This document shows positions 1 to 10,527 of a DNA stretch of 64,000 nucleotides, in pieces. Origin of the DNA: an uncultured bacterium (lineage in GTDB: Bacteria; Zixibacteria; MSB-5A5; JAABVY01; JAHJOQ01); contig CBDUQR010000004.1 of assembly GCA_965369655.1 (NCBI GenBank), positions 7,951 through 71,950 of the forward strand, written 5' to 3'. How positions within the stretch are numbered: the stretch's first letter is position 1; the number at the start of each line of letters is the position of its first letter. A program made the position numbers and the translations under genes. The notes under the pieces were generated by a model, which saw only the letters and a program-made list of their open reading frames with translations, had not been told where the DNA came from and ran no database searches.

Positions 1-821
1 ATGAACTGCAGGCCACTGCCGTTCAATTCGGCGAACATCTCCATCGGTCGATCTGTCTCGATTCGCAATGTCGTGCCATCGAGCTTACCCGGAAGTGTCG
101 ATAGATCGTCGGGAATCGATTTCAGTTCTGCGGTAATCACAGACAGCCCGCCGTGTTTCTCGATCAGGTTGTCAACCGTATCGATATCGAGAATCTTGCC
201 GAAATCCATGATCGCGATCCGGTCGCACAAACGTTCGGCCTCTTCCATGTAATGCGTAGTGTAGATAATCGTCTTACCCTCTTTCTTGAGGGTCTCTATC
301 GATTCGAAGATCAGGTTCCTCGACTGAGGATCGACGCCGACGGTCGGTTCGTCAAGCAGGAGGATCCTCGGTTCGTGAATCAGCGCGCACGCGAGATTGA
401 GTCTGCGTTTCATCCCGCCGGAGAATGTTTTCGTGAGACTCTTGCGACGATCCTGAAGACCTGAGTATTCGATTGTCCACTCGACACGGTCCTTTAACTT
501 TCTGCCGCGCAGACCATATAGTTTTCCGAAAAATCTCAGGTTCTCTTCGGCAGAGAGATCCTCGTATATCGACAATGATTGCGGTGAATTGCCGAGTTGC
601 ATCCTGACTTGTGGATCGGTCGGGTTACCTGTGCCATCGATTACGACCGTGCCGCTGTCCGGTTTGAGTACCCCGACCAGCATGTTTACGGTGGTCGTTT
701 TGCCGGCGCCGTTGGGACCGAGGAGACCGAATGTCTCGCCCTTCTCGATTGAAAATGAGATTCCATCGACGGCAACTGTGCCGTTGTAACTCTTGCGAAG
801 ATTGCGGAGTTCGATCATAGA
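1..821 (-). CDS. ABC transporter ATP-binding protein (ABC-2 type); start codon at 819-821, C-terminus runs off the left edge of the window
   Basis: Reverse-strand translation from 821 reads MIELRNLRKSYNGTVAVDGISFSIEKGETFGLLGPNGAGKTTTVNML... (Walker A GPNGAGKT), then LSGGMKRRLNLACALIHEPRILLLDEPTVGVDP (ABC signature and Walker B). No in-window stop, so the track did not list it. Confidence 0.85.
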
Positions 822-1032
822 TTCAGCTTCTGATTCGCGCGTCTTATGCAATACGCTGACTGAAAATAACCATTGCACTGTTCAATCACAACAAATAGAT
901 GACATAACTTACGTGACTGTGAGATGTTTGTTGCGGGAATGACGTCCACTGTGTTTGTGAGCAACAGGTGTCCACATCTGCCGCCCATAGGAACCGCATG
1001 AATGCTGGCGATCTCATGTGATGGTTATGTGA

Positions 1033-1680
1033 TCATTCGAGATCTGGGAGCACCTTCGTGATAGCATCAGCAACGTTCTTGCACTTTACTGCGAAAAGCT
1101 TGATGGACTCTTCAATATTCGCATCTACCTTACCCCTTCTTGAATCTGCGGGGGGCTGATCGAACGATTTCTTAAGCCACACGTTGAACTCTTGAGCGTA
1201 GTAGTCGCTCCGATATAGGAGGTCCAGTACTTCCTGCAGCCGTATTTGTGTCATCTGGGATAGAAGTGGGATAGTACTCATAATCTGTTGGGCGACCTGT
1301 GGATTTCCCAGATGCTCTCCGGCTGGATATTTATCGGGATTTGTGTGCTTCCCAACCCACGCATCCAGAGGTTCATTGTCAGGGTCAGTATTGAGCGCAG
1401 AACTAATAGCCCTTTCAAGCTCATCGTCTTTGTCAGGACCATTGTAGTTGGTCACAATCGGGCATGACCATGATATTAGCTTAGCATCAATCATCTCAAG
1501 GCTGGCACAATCCTGTAGAACCAAGTGCGCCGCCCTATATCTTAATCTCTCCAAAAGAGTGTGGAGTCCTTTCCTCGCTTGCCTAGCGGTGAGTCTGCGC
1601 CTGATTTCATCAACAACCAGGGGAACCGCAATGCCACTAATGAATCCCAGCCCCCAACCAATAAACAGCGTCCCGTTCAT
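1033..1680 (-). CDS. hypothetical protein, 215 aa, N-terminal transmembrane helix
   Basis: Long ORF with a hydrophobic N-terminus (LFIGWGLGFISGIAVPLVV) and GGAGG-type SD upstream; no recognisable catalytic motif. Confidence 0.5.
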   Translation of the reverse strand: MNGTLFIGWGLGFISGIAVPLVVDEIRRRLTARQARKGLHTLLERLRYRAAHLVLQDCASLEMIDAKLISWSCPIVTNYNGPDKDDELERAISSALNTDPDNEPLDAWVGKHTNPDKYPAGEHLGNPQVAQQIMSTIPLLSQMTQIRLQEVLDLLYRSDYYAQEFNVWLKKSFDQPPADSRRGKVDANIEESIKLFAVKCKNVADAITKVLPDLE

Positions 1681-1825
1681 CCTCCGTTACCCCTCCGTGA
1701 TTGTGTCATACTATACAACTCCCGAAACAACTCCACAAACTTCACAAAAGCCAGCAGAGCAATTAAAGAAAACGCCTCGAATCTCAATTAGCGACTCGAT
1801 CAATTGTAGGTACCTATAATTCGGT

Positions 1826-2206
1826 CTACGTGCCTGAGCCAGACTGGCGATTCACCTTTAACCTCACCTCTTCCTTCAGTTCGTCAAATGTAGAGTCTGT
1901 GATGTTAGTGGTTTTCTTCCTCTGACTGCGGAATTCCGCACATTGTAAAGGCTCCCTCTTAAGATACAACGCTTCCGCAAGCAGCTTAATCAAACATTCC
2001 TTTTGCTCGATCGGACCTTGTTTGTACAACTCATGACTCACGTGAAATTGACAAAGTGGAGGAATCACCTTCAGGACCTTCATGATACCAAGTCGTCCAA
2101 AATCATCATCCTCTTGCATTTCAAACACTTTGATCGATTCGTGCTCAGCCAAATTGGCCAACTGATCGACGGTTTTTCTGACATCATCGAGTGATTTCAT
2201 ATGCAT
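1826..2206 (-). CDS. hypothetical protein (127 aa), translationally coupled to the upstream 65-aa ORF
   Basis: Start chosen at MHMKSLDD (ATG at 2206) because AAGGAG lies 8 nt upstream and overlaps the TGA of the preceding ORF (aaggagTGAgagtATG); the track's longer start at 2263 would overlap that ORF. Confidence 0.45.
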   Translation of the reverse strand: MHMKSLDDVRKTVDQLANLAEHESIKVFEMQEDDDFGRLGIMKVLKVIPPLCQFHVSHELYKQGPIEQKECLIKLLAEALYLKREPLQCAEFRSQRKKTTNITDSTFDELKEEVRLKVNRQSGSGT

Positions 2207-2210
2207 ACTC

Positions 2211-2408
2211 TCACTCCTTCTTGAACTCAACCACATCAACGTCTGCGAGGTTGATGATGGCAATCATTCCAGTCTTTCCAGCCACCATGACGGCTCGTGC
2301 GTCTGACGCCAGAGCAATGTTCTCTGCATTCTCGATCGTACCAATCGTGGGGCTTGTTGCCTGTGGTCCAGCCGTAGTGCGCTTACGTGTGAAAGTTACT
2401 GTTCCCAT
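2211..2408 (-). CDS. hypothetical small protein (65 aa), first gene of a coupled pair
   Basis: ATG at 2408 is preceded by AAGGAGTGAATC; same junction architecture as the next gene; no recognised family. Confidence 0.4.
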   Translation of the reverse strand: MGTVTFTRKRTTAGPQATSPTIGTIENAENIALASDARAVMVAGKTGMIAIINLADVDVVEFKKE

Positions 2409-2563
2409 GATTCACTCCTTTTCGAGATATATTCTCAATCCTCTTCTTACGTTCTTCGATATCGATTCATCTTTGTGAGCCAGATCAGCGATAGCACGCT
2501 GGAAAGATAGCTGTTGTACAATCAGTGTCAAGCCTTTGGGGAGATTATATTGTGCCCGGCAGA

Positions 2564-2626
2564 TCCTTCGAAGCTCAGGACTTGCCCTTCGAAGCTCAGG
2601 ACTTGCCCTTCGAAGCTCAGGACCTG
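2564..2626. repeat. 3 x 21-bp perfect tandem repeat (ccttcgaagctcaggacttgc), built from the dispersed REP module cccttcg..ctcaggac; followed at 2629-2650 by a second module (gacgtctgccgcccatgg)
   Basis: Directly visible: units at 2564-2584, 2585-2605 and 2606-2626 (last unit has t to c at position 18). Confidence 0.9.
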
Positions 2627-2870
2627 CGCGGGGACGTCTGCCGCCCATGGTATTCGAACAGAGTGGCGGAACCGCTAAAGGCAGAGTCCTGAGCATTGCG
2701 AAGGGGTTTCGTCCTACAGTTGACTCGCACCTCTTGTAAAATCGACCCAAATGATGTAAATTTCATGCTTCATGTGCACGCAGGAGCTGTGCTCCTGCGT
2801 TATTCGTCGGGGCATAGCCCCGACGAGCACATAACATATTCATGCTTCGCTCTGGAAGCGCGTAAATACT

Positions 2871-4157
2871 ATGATGAAAGCGTCACTATACACATTGGGT
2901 TGCAGGCTGAATCAGGCTGAGACCGGAATAATCGCCAAAACTCTAGTCGACGAGGGCTACGAGATCGTCGAGTGGGGTGAGCCTGTCGATCTCGCAGTAG
3001 TCAACACCTGCACCGTGACTGAGAAGGCCGACTCGAAATGCCGGAATGCGGTCAGGAAAGCGATTCGCACAAATCCTGACGCATTCGTAGCTGTCGTCGG
3101 ATGCTACTCACAGATGGCTGCGAAACTCATAAGTGAAATCGACGGCGTCGATCTCATTCTCGGCAACGCCGAGAAACTCAAGCTGGCCGACCATATCAAT
3201 GGCCTGCGGAAGATCGACACGCCAAAAATCATCTGCTCGCGTTTGGTCGCTCGCGACGATTTCACCATCGAGTCCGAGAGCACTCATGATAACCACACCC
3301 GCGCGAATCTCAAGATTCAGGATGGCTGTGATTTCGTCTGTTCATACTGTATCATACCGAGAGCGCGTGGACGATCGCGGAGCCGTCAGTTTTCCGACCT
3401 GATGCGTGAAGCACGGCAACTCGCCGACGATGGATTCAAAGAAATCGTACTGACCGGAGTCAACATCGGAACATATCAAAGCGACGGCTACAATTTCCTC
3501 GACATGGTCACGGAACTCGAAAAGCTCGATGGAATAGAACGAATTCGTATCAGTTCAATTGAACTGACGACCATCGAGCGAGAGCTTGTGCAGCACATGG
3601 CTGAATCCGTCAAGCTCTGCCGTCACCTGCACATTCCGCTACAGAGCGGAGACGACACGATCCTCGAAAACATGGCTCGTAAACACAAATCTCAGGAGTA
3701 TGCCGATTTCGTCGAGTACTGTGTCGAGACAGTGCCGGAGATCGGGATCGGAGCCGACATTCTGGTCGGATTCCCCGGCGAGAGTGACGAGCAGTTCAGA
3801 AACACAAAGAAATTCCTCGCCGATCTGCCAATCGAGTATTTCCATGTTTTCGCATATTCCGATCGCGAGAACACACCCTCCTCGCGCATGCCGGGCAAGA
3901 TCGACCCCGATACTAAAAAACTGCGCAGCCGAATAATGATAGAGATGGGCAAGCGTAAACGTTATGCATTCTGCGAGCGATATATCGGCAAGCCGGTCGA
4001 TGTGCTGTTCGAGTCGATCGAGGATGGTCTCTGGACCGGATTCACCGACAACTACATGCGAGTGCAGACACAGTGCGAAGAACATGTCAGAAATCAGATT
4101 CTGACTGTCGTGCCGGAGCGCATTGAGGGCAACACATTGATCGGGACGCTCACATGA
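2871..4157 (+). CDS. radical SAM methylthiotransferase, MiaB/RimO family (MiaB-like, probably MtaB-type) with C-terminal TRAM-like region
   Basis: N-terminal MTTase domain (LYTLGCRLNQAE, VVNTCTVT), radical SAM CxxxCxxC (CDFVCSYCIIP), 428 aa. Confidence 0.85.
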   Translation: MMKASLYTLGCRLNQAETGIIAKTLVDEGYEIVEWGEPVDLAVVNTCTVTEKADSKCRNAVRKAIRTNPDAFVAVVGCYSQMAAKLISEIDGVDLILGNAEKLKLADHINGLRKIDTPKIICSRLVARDDFTIESESTHDNHTRANLKIQDGCDFVCSYCIIPRARGRSRSRQFSDLMREARQLADDGFKEIVLTGVNIGTYQSDGYNFLDMVTELEKLDGIERIRISSIELTTIERELVQHMAESVKLCRHLHIPLQSGDDTILENMARKHKSQEYADFVEYCVETVPEIGIGADILVGFPGESDEQFRNTKKFLADLPIEYFHVFAYSDRENTPSSRMPGKIDPDTKKLRSRIMIEMGKRKRYAFCERYIGKPVDVLFESIEDGLWTGFTDNYMRVQTQCEEHVRNQILTVVPERIEGNTLIGTLT

Positions 4158-5455
4158 AATCCGTATACATCGAGACATACGGCTGTCAGATGAATGAGTA
4201 TGACAGCGAAATCGTGAGATCGATTCTCTGCGAGAACGACTTCGAGATGACCGAAAACCCCGACACGGCATCGGTGATTCTTCTCAATACTTGCTCGGTC
4301 AGAGAGAATGCGCACAAGAAAGTCTTTCGCCGAATCGAGGCGCTGAAATATCTCAAGAGACAAAACGATCACCTGATCCTGGGTGTGATTGGCTGTATGG
4401 CGCAGAGCCTGAAAGAAGAGCTTCTCGAAGATGGTATCGGAGTTGATCTCATTGCCGGTCCCGATACATACAGGCGGCTGCCGAATCTCATAAGAGGCGT
4501 CGAGAGCACCGGACAGAAGGCAGCCGAGCTCAAGCTCTCCCGTACTGAGACGTATGCCGATGTGTTCCCTACGCAGGATCAGGGTGCCAATGCCTGGATA
4601 GCGGTGATGCGGGGCTGCGACAACGTCTGTACTTTCTGTATCGTGCCGTATACGCGGGGCCGGGAACGCAGCCGCGAACCGAAGGGTGTCATCGACGAGG
4701 CAAGACGGCTCGCCGATCAGGGATTCAGGCAGGTGACTCTGCTCGGTCAGAATGTCAACTCATACAAATATGACAACTGCGATTTCACCGACTTGATTAA
4801 CCTGGTCAGCGAGATCGACGGCATCAGTAGGATCAGGTTCACCTCGCCGCATCCGAAGGATTTCCCGACGAAACTGATTGAGGTTATCCGCGACAATCCC
4901 AAAGCCTGCAAGCATATTCACCTGCCGCTGCAAGCTGGGAACGACCGCATACTCGACATGATGAAACGCACTTATACAGGCGATGAGTTTATCAACCTTG
5001 CGGCCCTGATCCGCAGCGAAATCCCCGGTGTGGCGCTGACGACAGATATCATCGTCGGCTTTCCGACTGAGACCGAAGATGAGTTTCAGGACACGCTTCG
5101 CATTGTCGACGAAGTCAGGTTCGATTCAGCGTTCATGTTCAAATACTCGGAGAGAAAAGACACCGTCGCACAGAGGAAGTATCCGGACGATGTGTCAAAG
5201 AATGATAAGACATCGAGGATCACGCGGCTGGTTGATATGCAGCGGCGGATCTCGTTCGAGCGAAATCAGGCGCATCTTGACGCGATATTCGAGATTCTTG
5301 TCGAAGGCAGGGCGAAGAAACCGGATCAACTTTTCGGCAGAAACGATGGCAACAAGATCGTGGTCTTCCCCGACAATGGCGTCGAAGCGGGTGAGTTCCT
5401 GCGTGTAAGAATATACGAGGTGACTCCTAATACGCTAATCGGCAAAGTAACTTAG
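4154..5455 (+). CDS. miaB: tRNA-2-methylthio-N6-dimethylallyladenosine synthase MiaB
   Basis: MKSVYIETYGCQMNEYDSE (UPF0004/MTTase N-terminus), CDNVCTFCIVP radical SAM motif, C-terminal TRAM; ATGA overlap with the upstream paralog. Confidence 0.9.
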   Translation: MKSVYIETYGCQMNEYDSEIVRSILCENDFEMTENPDTASVILLNTCSVRENAHKKVFRRIEALKYLKRQNDHLILGVIGCMAQSLKEELLEDGIGVDLIAGPDTYRRLPNLIRGVESTGQKAAELKLSRTETYADVFPTQDQGANAWIAVMRGCDNVCTFCIVPYTRGRERSREPKGVIDEARRLADQGFRQVTLLGQNVNSYKYDNCDFTDLINLVSEIDGISRIRFTSPHPKDFPTKLIEVIRDNPKACKHIHLPLQAGNDRILDMMKRTYTGDEFINLAALIRSEIPGVALTTDIIVGFPTETEDEFQDTLRIVDEVRFDSAFMFKYSERKDTVAQRKYPDDVSKNDKTSRITRLVDMQRRISFERNQAHLDAIFEILVEGRAKKPDQLFGRNDGNKIVVFPDNGVEAGEFLRVRIYEVTPNTLIGKVT

Positions 5456-5470
5456 TCTTTAGCAGGTCAT

Positions 5471-5600
5471 GCCCACTTGCCCAATCCTGAGCTCAGCGAA
5501 GGGAGGCATGACATTCCGGAGTTTCTCACGTCCCCCTTCGACAGACTCAGGACTGGCAAGTGGACGTGAGCTACAAGGACTACAAGTCCAACTGGAACAT
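5471..5600. repeat. REP/BIME-like composite. An inverted pair of the cccttcg..ctcaggac module (5471-5502 reverse, 5537-5570 forward) forms a long hairpin, plus module ggcaagtggacgtgagctaca (5556-5600), also present at 47335-47375
   Basis: Reverse complement of cccacttgcccaatcctgagctcagcgaaggg matches cccttcgacagactcaggactggcaagtgg; the same motifs recur in other intergenic regions. Confidence 0.55.
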
Positions 5601-5799
5601 GGGGCAAGAAGGGCAAACCCCACTATCTTTTTTGTTGATTTTTTACTGGCGACCTGTTAAGTTCGAATTCAAATTTAAGCTGAAAGGCTGTGTAGAGAAA
5701 GGTTAGTACACAGGTTTCGGAGATAGAATAAGAAATGATAGACTGCGGGAGAAGTTATTCTCGGCGCGAGCCGGGAGATTTCTATTCTCTCGCCACACA

Positions 5800-7305
5800 A
5801 TGAAAGAGGAGGTGTGGGTTTTGCAGAATGGATTCAGAACAGCTACGATCCTGTTGATGGTCCTGGTCTTCACTATTCCCGCGTTTGCCGTTGAAAACAC
5901 TGGCAAGATCGGCTTTGGCGTACGTGGAGGCGGATTCATCAGCGGTGGTGAATGGAAACTCGGTCCAATGTTTGGTGCCGACCTGAAGTTCGGCATTCAC
6001 AAAAATTGGTCGATTGGTCTGACCGGAATGTACGGCCCGACCAAGGGCGGCATGCTGGAGATGGACAACAATAACGTGCAGATGATTGTCTCAACTGATG
6101 AAGATGCCGACAAACTTCGCATTCGTCATCATGTTGTAGAGATGGCGGGCTGGTTCAATATCACGCCCGATGCTGAGAAACTGAACTTGTACCTCATGGC
6201 CGGCGCCGGTATCGATACATGGCACACTGAATATGACGGTGGCGACAAAGTCTATGTCTTCGATACGAGCGGAGTCGAGTCTTTCCGGTACAGAGATCAG
6301 CAATTGGCGCTGGTGATTGGCGGTGGACTCGAATACTTCCTGATTGAGGAATTCTCGATCGGAGCAGGGCTACGCTATCACATATTGACCAATGCCCTGT
6401 CGCAGTTCAAGGACGAGAGAGATGTCGGCGATAATCTCGACAACCCGTCCGGACTTCTCGAAATCGGCGCTACTCTCACAGCCTATCTCGGCTCGTGCAA
6501 GGACAGCGACAAAGACGGCGTCTGCGATGAGGATGACAAGTGTCCCGAGACGCCGAAAGGATGTATCGTTGATGAGGCCGGTTGCCCACTCGACGGTGAC
6601 GGCGACGGTGTCTGCGACGGTCTCGACCAGTGCCCGGATACGCCACGCGGCTGCAAAGTCGACATGAACGGTTGCCTGATCGATTCGGACGGCGACGGCG
6701 TGTGTGACGGTATTGATAAGTGCCCCGACACTCCGACTATTGCGAAGGTCGACGCCGACGGCTGCCCGCTCGATACCGACAGAGACGGCGTACCAGATTA
6801 CCGGGATAAGTGCCCCGACACGCCATACGGCTGCAAGGTCGATGAAAACGGTTGCGAGATCGATTCCGATGGCGACGGCGTTTGCGACGGTCTCGACAAG
6901 TGCCCCGGCACACCGGCAGGTCTGAAGGTGGACAAAGATGGCTGCCCGGTCGATTTCATCATCGAGAAGGAACAGGTCCTCGAACCCATCATATTCGCCG
7001 TTAACTCTGCCAAGCTGACCAAACAGTCCAGGAGCACTATCGATGCGATGATCGAGAAGCTCAAGGCGATTTCGCACGTACGGATCGAGGTCCAGGGTCA
7101 CACTGACGTCAGCGGCACGCACAAGTGGAACATGGAACTTTCACAGATGCGCGCGCAGTCTGTCGTTGACTATATGGTTGAGAAGGGAATTGATGTGTCG
7201 CGGTTGGTCCCAAAGGGTTACGGCCCAGACAAGCCCAAGTACGACAACAAGGTCGCCGAAGGGCGCAGAAACAACCGCCGTGTAGAAGTCATTCGTTTGA
7301 ACTAA
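5800..7305 (+). CDS. OmpA-family outer-membrane protein with N-terminal beta-barrel-like region, five thrombospondin type-3 (Ca-binding) repeats and C-terminal OmpA peptidoglycan-binding domain
   Basis: Signal peptide (ILLMVLVFTIPAFA); repeated DKDGVCDxxDKCPDTP units; C-terminus ...ELSQMRAQSVVDYMVEKGID...GRRNNRRVEV. RBS aaagaggagg at 5803-5811 suggests the real start may be TTG at 5821. Confidence 0.85.
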   Translation: MKEEVWVLQNGFRTATILLMVLVFTIPAFAVENTGKIGFGVRGGGFISGGEWKLGPMFGADLKFGIHKNWSIGLTGMYGPTKGGMLEMDNNNVQMIVSTDEDADKLRIRHHVVEMAGWFNITPDAEKLNLYLMAGAGIDTWHTEYDGGDKVYVFDTSGVESFRYRDQQLALVIGGGLEYFLIEEFSIGAGLRYHILTNALSQFKDERDVGDNLDNPSGLLEIGATLTAYLGSCKDSDKDGVCDEDDKCPETPKGCIVDEAGCPLDGDGDGVCDGLDQCPDTPRGCKVDMNGCLIDSDGDGVCDGIDKCPDTPTIAKVDADGCPLDTDRDGVPDYRDKCPDTPYGCKVDENGCEIDSDGDGVCDGLDKCPGTPAGLKVDKDGCPVDFIIEKEQVLEPIIFAVNSAKLTKQSRSTIDAMIEKLKAISHVRIEVQGHTDVSGTHKWNMELSQMRAQSVVDYMVEKGIDVSRLVPKGYGPDKPKYDNKVAEGRRNNRRVEVIRLN

Positions 7306-7332
7306 ATGGGCTTCACATCTGAATAGACAATG

Positions 7333-7366
7333 GAGGCGCCGAGTATATCGGCGCCTCTCTGTTTCC
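7333..7366 (+). terminator. rho-independent terminator after the OmpA-family gene
   Basis: gaggcgccga-gtatat-tcggcgcctc followed by tctgtttcc. Confidence 0.6.
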
Positions 7367-7440
7367 GGCTGGTATCGGAACCACTACCCTACTCCAATCA
7401 AGATTTACGAATGGACTCGAAGCACAAATAGAAAAGGCCG

Positions 7441-7472
7441 CCCGGATGGACGGCCTTTGTTTTGATCTGTAT
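7441..7472. terminator. bidirectional intrinsic terminator between the OmpA-family gene (+) and maeB (-)
   Basis: aaaaggccgcccggatggacggcctttgtttt: GC stem flanked by an A-run and a T-run. Confidence 0.6.
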
Positions 7473-7478
7473 TCGGAA

Positions 7479-9734
7479 TCATTCCGGATGCGGATAGAGT
7501 GAATCGACGGCGGCGAGTGCAGTCATGTTAACAATGCCGTCGACGTCGACAGCTCTGTGCAGGATATGGATCGGTTTACTGATTCCCTGGAGAATCGGTC
7601 CTATCGCCTCCGCATTGCCGAGCTGCATCATCAGCTTGTACGTCGATGTCCCACTGTCGAGGTTCGGGAAGATCAGGCAGTTCGCATCGCCCTTGATCAG
7701 CGAGAACGGGAAATCCCTCTCGGAGATATACGGTGCGACGGCGGTGTCAGCCTGCATCTCACCCTCGACAACGAGATCCGGGTGATCGCGCTTCAGGATT
7801 TTTGTAGCTTCCCGCACTTTGTTGGTCTCGGCACATCTGACCGATCCGAAGTTCGAGAAGCTGATCATCGCAACGCGCGGTTCACAGTCGAAATGCCTCG
7901 CGGTTGCCGCGGTCATGAGCGCAATATCGACCAGTTGTTCGGCTGAAGGGTTGATGTTGATAGTTGTATCGGCAAAGAAGAGCGCTCTGTCCCTGAGCAT
8001 GATGACATAAACGCCGCACACGGTCGAACGGCCATTCGGTTTCTTGAGCAACTGCAGCGCCGGTTTGATCGTGTCGGGGAAATGCTGCCCGACGCCTGAG
8101 AGCAAAGTGTCCGCATCTCCGGCTTCGACCATCAGAGTCCCGAACACGTTCGTATCGAGAACATTCCTTTGAATGTCTCCGAGGTTGACTCCCTTGCGGT
8201 TCCGAAGTTCGAAATACCTGTCTGCGTACTGTTTGAATTTCGGGCTTTCTCTCGGATAGATGATCTCGATTCCATCGATACTGATATTGATCTCGGCAGC
8301 GCTTTCCCTAATCGTATCAGGATGGCCGAGAAGCACCGGGATCGCGATTTGCTCGTCTTTCACCCTGCGGGCGGCCGCGATTATCTTTTCGTTGCTTCCC
8401 TCAGGATAGACAATCCGTCTCGGATTGTGTTTGGCTCTGCTTATGGTCTGCCCAAGTATCTGGCGTGTCTTGCTGAGCCTGCGTTCGAGTTCCTCTTCGT
8501 ATTCTTCTATGTCGATCGTTTTCCGCGCGACGCCCGTATCCATCGCAGCCTTCGCAACAGCCGTTGCTTCCCTGACGAGTACGCGGGGGTCAAACGGCTT
8601 CGGAATGATATACTCCGGACCGAACTTGAGATGTTCACCACCGTACGCTTTGGTGACCGACTCGGGAACATACTCTTTGGCGAGCTCGGCAAGCGCGCGC
8701 GTTGCGGCAAGTTTCATCTCCATGTTGATCTTGCGCGCATGAACATCGAGCGCACCACGGAATATGAACGGGAAACCGAGCACATTGTTGACCTGATTCG
8801 GATAGTCGGAACGACCCGTCGCCATAATGATATCATCACGGGCGGCTTTTGCATCCTCGTAACTGATCTCCGGATCGGGATTCGCCATTGCAAATATGAT
8901 CGGATGATCGGCCATTGATCGAACCATATCCTTGGTCACCATGTCCTTGACTGATACACCGACGAACACATCAGCTCCATTCATGGCGTCTTCGAGCGTT
9001 CTCTCATCCGTATCTACGGCGAACTGTTCCTTGTACTTGTTCATTCCAGCAGTACGGCCTTTGTATATGACGCCTTTCGAATCGACCATCCTGATGTTTT
9101 CTCTCTTGACTCCGAGAGCGAGATACAGATTGGCGCATGCAATGCCCGCCGCTCCGGCTCCGAGGAAAACGCATTTGACTTTGTCTATATCCTTCTTGAC
9201 AATTTCGAGAGCGTTCACCAGCGCGGCCCCTGATATAATCGCGGTACCATGCTGATCGTCGTGAAACACAGGGATATCGAGTTCCTCGATCAGCGCCTCC
9301 TCGATTTCGAAACATTCCGGAGCTTTAATGTCTTCGAGATTGATACCGCCGAATGTCGGTGCGATCATCTTGCAAAAATTGATTATCTCCTTCGGATCAT
9401 GGCTGTCAATTTCAATGTCGAACACATCGACATCAGCAAACCTTTTGAAGAGGACGCCCTTGCCCTCCATCACAGGCTTGCCTGCCTCCGGACCTATGTC
9501 GCCGAGACCCAGTACAGCCGTTCCATTAGAAATAACAGCAACGAGGTTTCCCTTGGCAGTATACTCATAGACCTTGTCCGGACTCGCTGCGATCTCCAGG
9601 CACGGTTGCGCGACTCCCGGTGTATAGGCCAGAGAGAGGTCTTTCTGAGTGAGACAGGGTTTGGTCGCTACGACCTCAATTTTCCCCGCCCTGCCAATCG
9701 AATGATAGGCTAATGCCTCTTCCTTACTTGTCAC
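7479..9734 (-). CDS. maeB: NADP-dependent malic enzyme with C-terminal phosphotransacetylase-like domain
   Basis: 751 aa; malic enzyme N-terminal and NAD-binding motifs ([25 protein letters not shown]); C-terminal PTA-like domain ([11 protein letters not shown]...). Confidence 0.92.
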   Translation of the reverse strand: MTSKEEALAYHSIGRAGKIEVVATKPCLTQKDLSLAYTPGVAQPCLEIAASPDKVYEYTAKGNLVAVISNGTAVLGLGDIGPEAGKPVMEGKGVLFKRFADVDVFDIEIDSHDPKEIINFCKMIAPTFGGINLEDIKAPECFEIEEALIEELDIPVFHDDQHGTAIISGAALVNALEIVKKDIDKVKCVFLGAGAAGIACANLYLALGVKRENIRMVDSKGVIYKGRTAGMNKYKEQFAVDTDERTLEDAMNGADVFVGVSVKDMVTKDMVRSMADHPIIFAMANPDPEISYEDAKAARDDIIMATGRSDYPNQVNNVLGFPFIFRGALDVHARKINMEMKLAATRALAELAKEYVPESVTKAYGGEHLKFGPEYIIPKPFDPRVLVREATAVAKAAMDTGVARKTIDIEEYEEELERRLSKTRQILGQTISRAKHNPRRIVYPEGSNEKIIAAARRVKDEQIAIPVLLGHPDTIRESAAEINISIDGIEIIYPRESPKFKQYADRYFELRNRKGVNLGDIQRNVLDTNVFGTLMVEAGDADTLLSGVGQHFPDTIKPALQLLKKPNGRSTVCGVYVIMLRDRALFFADTTININPSAEQLVDIALMTAATARHFDCEPRVAMISFSNFGSVRCAETNKVREATKILKRDHPDLVVEGEMQADTAVAPYISERDFPFSLIKGDANCLIFPNLDSGTSTYKLMMQLGNAEAIGPILQGISKPIHILHRAVDVDGIVNMTALAAVDSLYPHPE

Positions 9735-10027
9735 CGTTTACTCCCGGTTATTATGTTAAAAAATCCGATGTGCAAAAATAGAGTTGTTGATTCGTTTGTC
9801 AAGCAGCTTTGGACGGTATTTGGATCGGACTGTCGAAATGTTTGCCGACAGCGGATGTGCTCAGCAGATCCCTGATCGACAGATGTAGACGACATTTCCA
9901 TTTGAGGCGATTTGCCACGCAAGACTGTTTGAAATTCTGGATTTGCAACGTGCTGCACTACAATATGTTAAGGCTAATATCCTCAAATTAAGTTGCGTTC
10001 AGGGTTTGTGTCGCGTACTATTTCTTC

Positions 10028-10516
10028 ATGTCTAAGTCTGTATGGGCGCCATGGAGAGAAGAATATATCCTCGGTTTCTCCAAAAAGAAAGTGGAGAAGG
10101 GATGCCTTTTCTGCAAGGCGATAAAGCAGAATCGTGACAGGGCGAACCTGATCCTGTGTCGCAATGAAAGCACTTTCGTGATGATGAACCGCTACCCTTA
10201 CACCTCGGGGCATCTGATGATTGTGCCGTACAGGCATGTCGGGACGCTTGAGAGGCTGAGCGACGAGATCGCGTGTGAACTCATGATGGAGACACGCAGG
10301 GCGGTGAAAATCCTGAAACAGGCTTTCAAACCTGACGGTTTGAATGTCGGGATCAATCTTGGCCGACCGGCGGGCGCCGGCGTTCCGGGGCATTTGCACG
10401 TACACATTGTTCCTCGGTGGACCGGGGACAACAGCTTCATGCCCGTCATAGGAGAGACGAGAGTCATTTCGGTTTCTCTCGAAACGACATTTAGGATTCT
10501 CAGTAAGCTTTTCTAA
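10028..10516 (+). CDS. HIT-family hydrolase
   Basis: Histidine-triad motif GHLHVHIVPRW near the C-terminus; 162 aa. Confidence 0.85.
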   Translation: MSKSVWAPWREEYILGFSKKKVEKGCLFCKAIKQNRDRANLILCRNESTFVMMNRYPYTSGHLMIVPYRHVGTLERLSDEIACELMMETRRAVKILKQAFKPDGLNVGINLGRPAGAGVPGHLHVHIVPRWTGDNSFMPVIGETRVISVSLETTFRILSKLF

Positions 10517-10527
10517 AGGCTGCACCT

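Noticed and set aside
2564-2626. A possible CRISPR array
   Set aside because: The three 21-bp units are contiguous with no spacers, so this is a plain tandem repeat. No cas genes are present.
2412-2750. 112-aa ORF on the minus strand containing PELRRAS x3
   Set aside because: Its N-terminal half is the translation of the 21-bp REP tandem array and a second REP module. It has no start outside the repeat, so it is most likely non-coding, despite the coincidental aaggagTGA junction.
8169-8918. 249-aa plus-strand ORF inside maeB, and many similar antisense or out-of-frame ORFs (e.g. 20527-21177, 21026-21532, 6370-7122, 51845-52642, 53003-53698, 36765-37154, 44065-44676)
   Set aside because: These are shadow ORFs lying inside or opposite well-supported genes, with no motifs or RBSs of their own.
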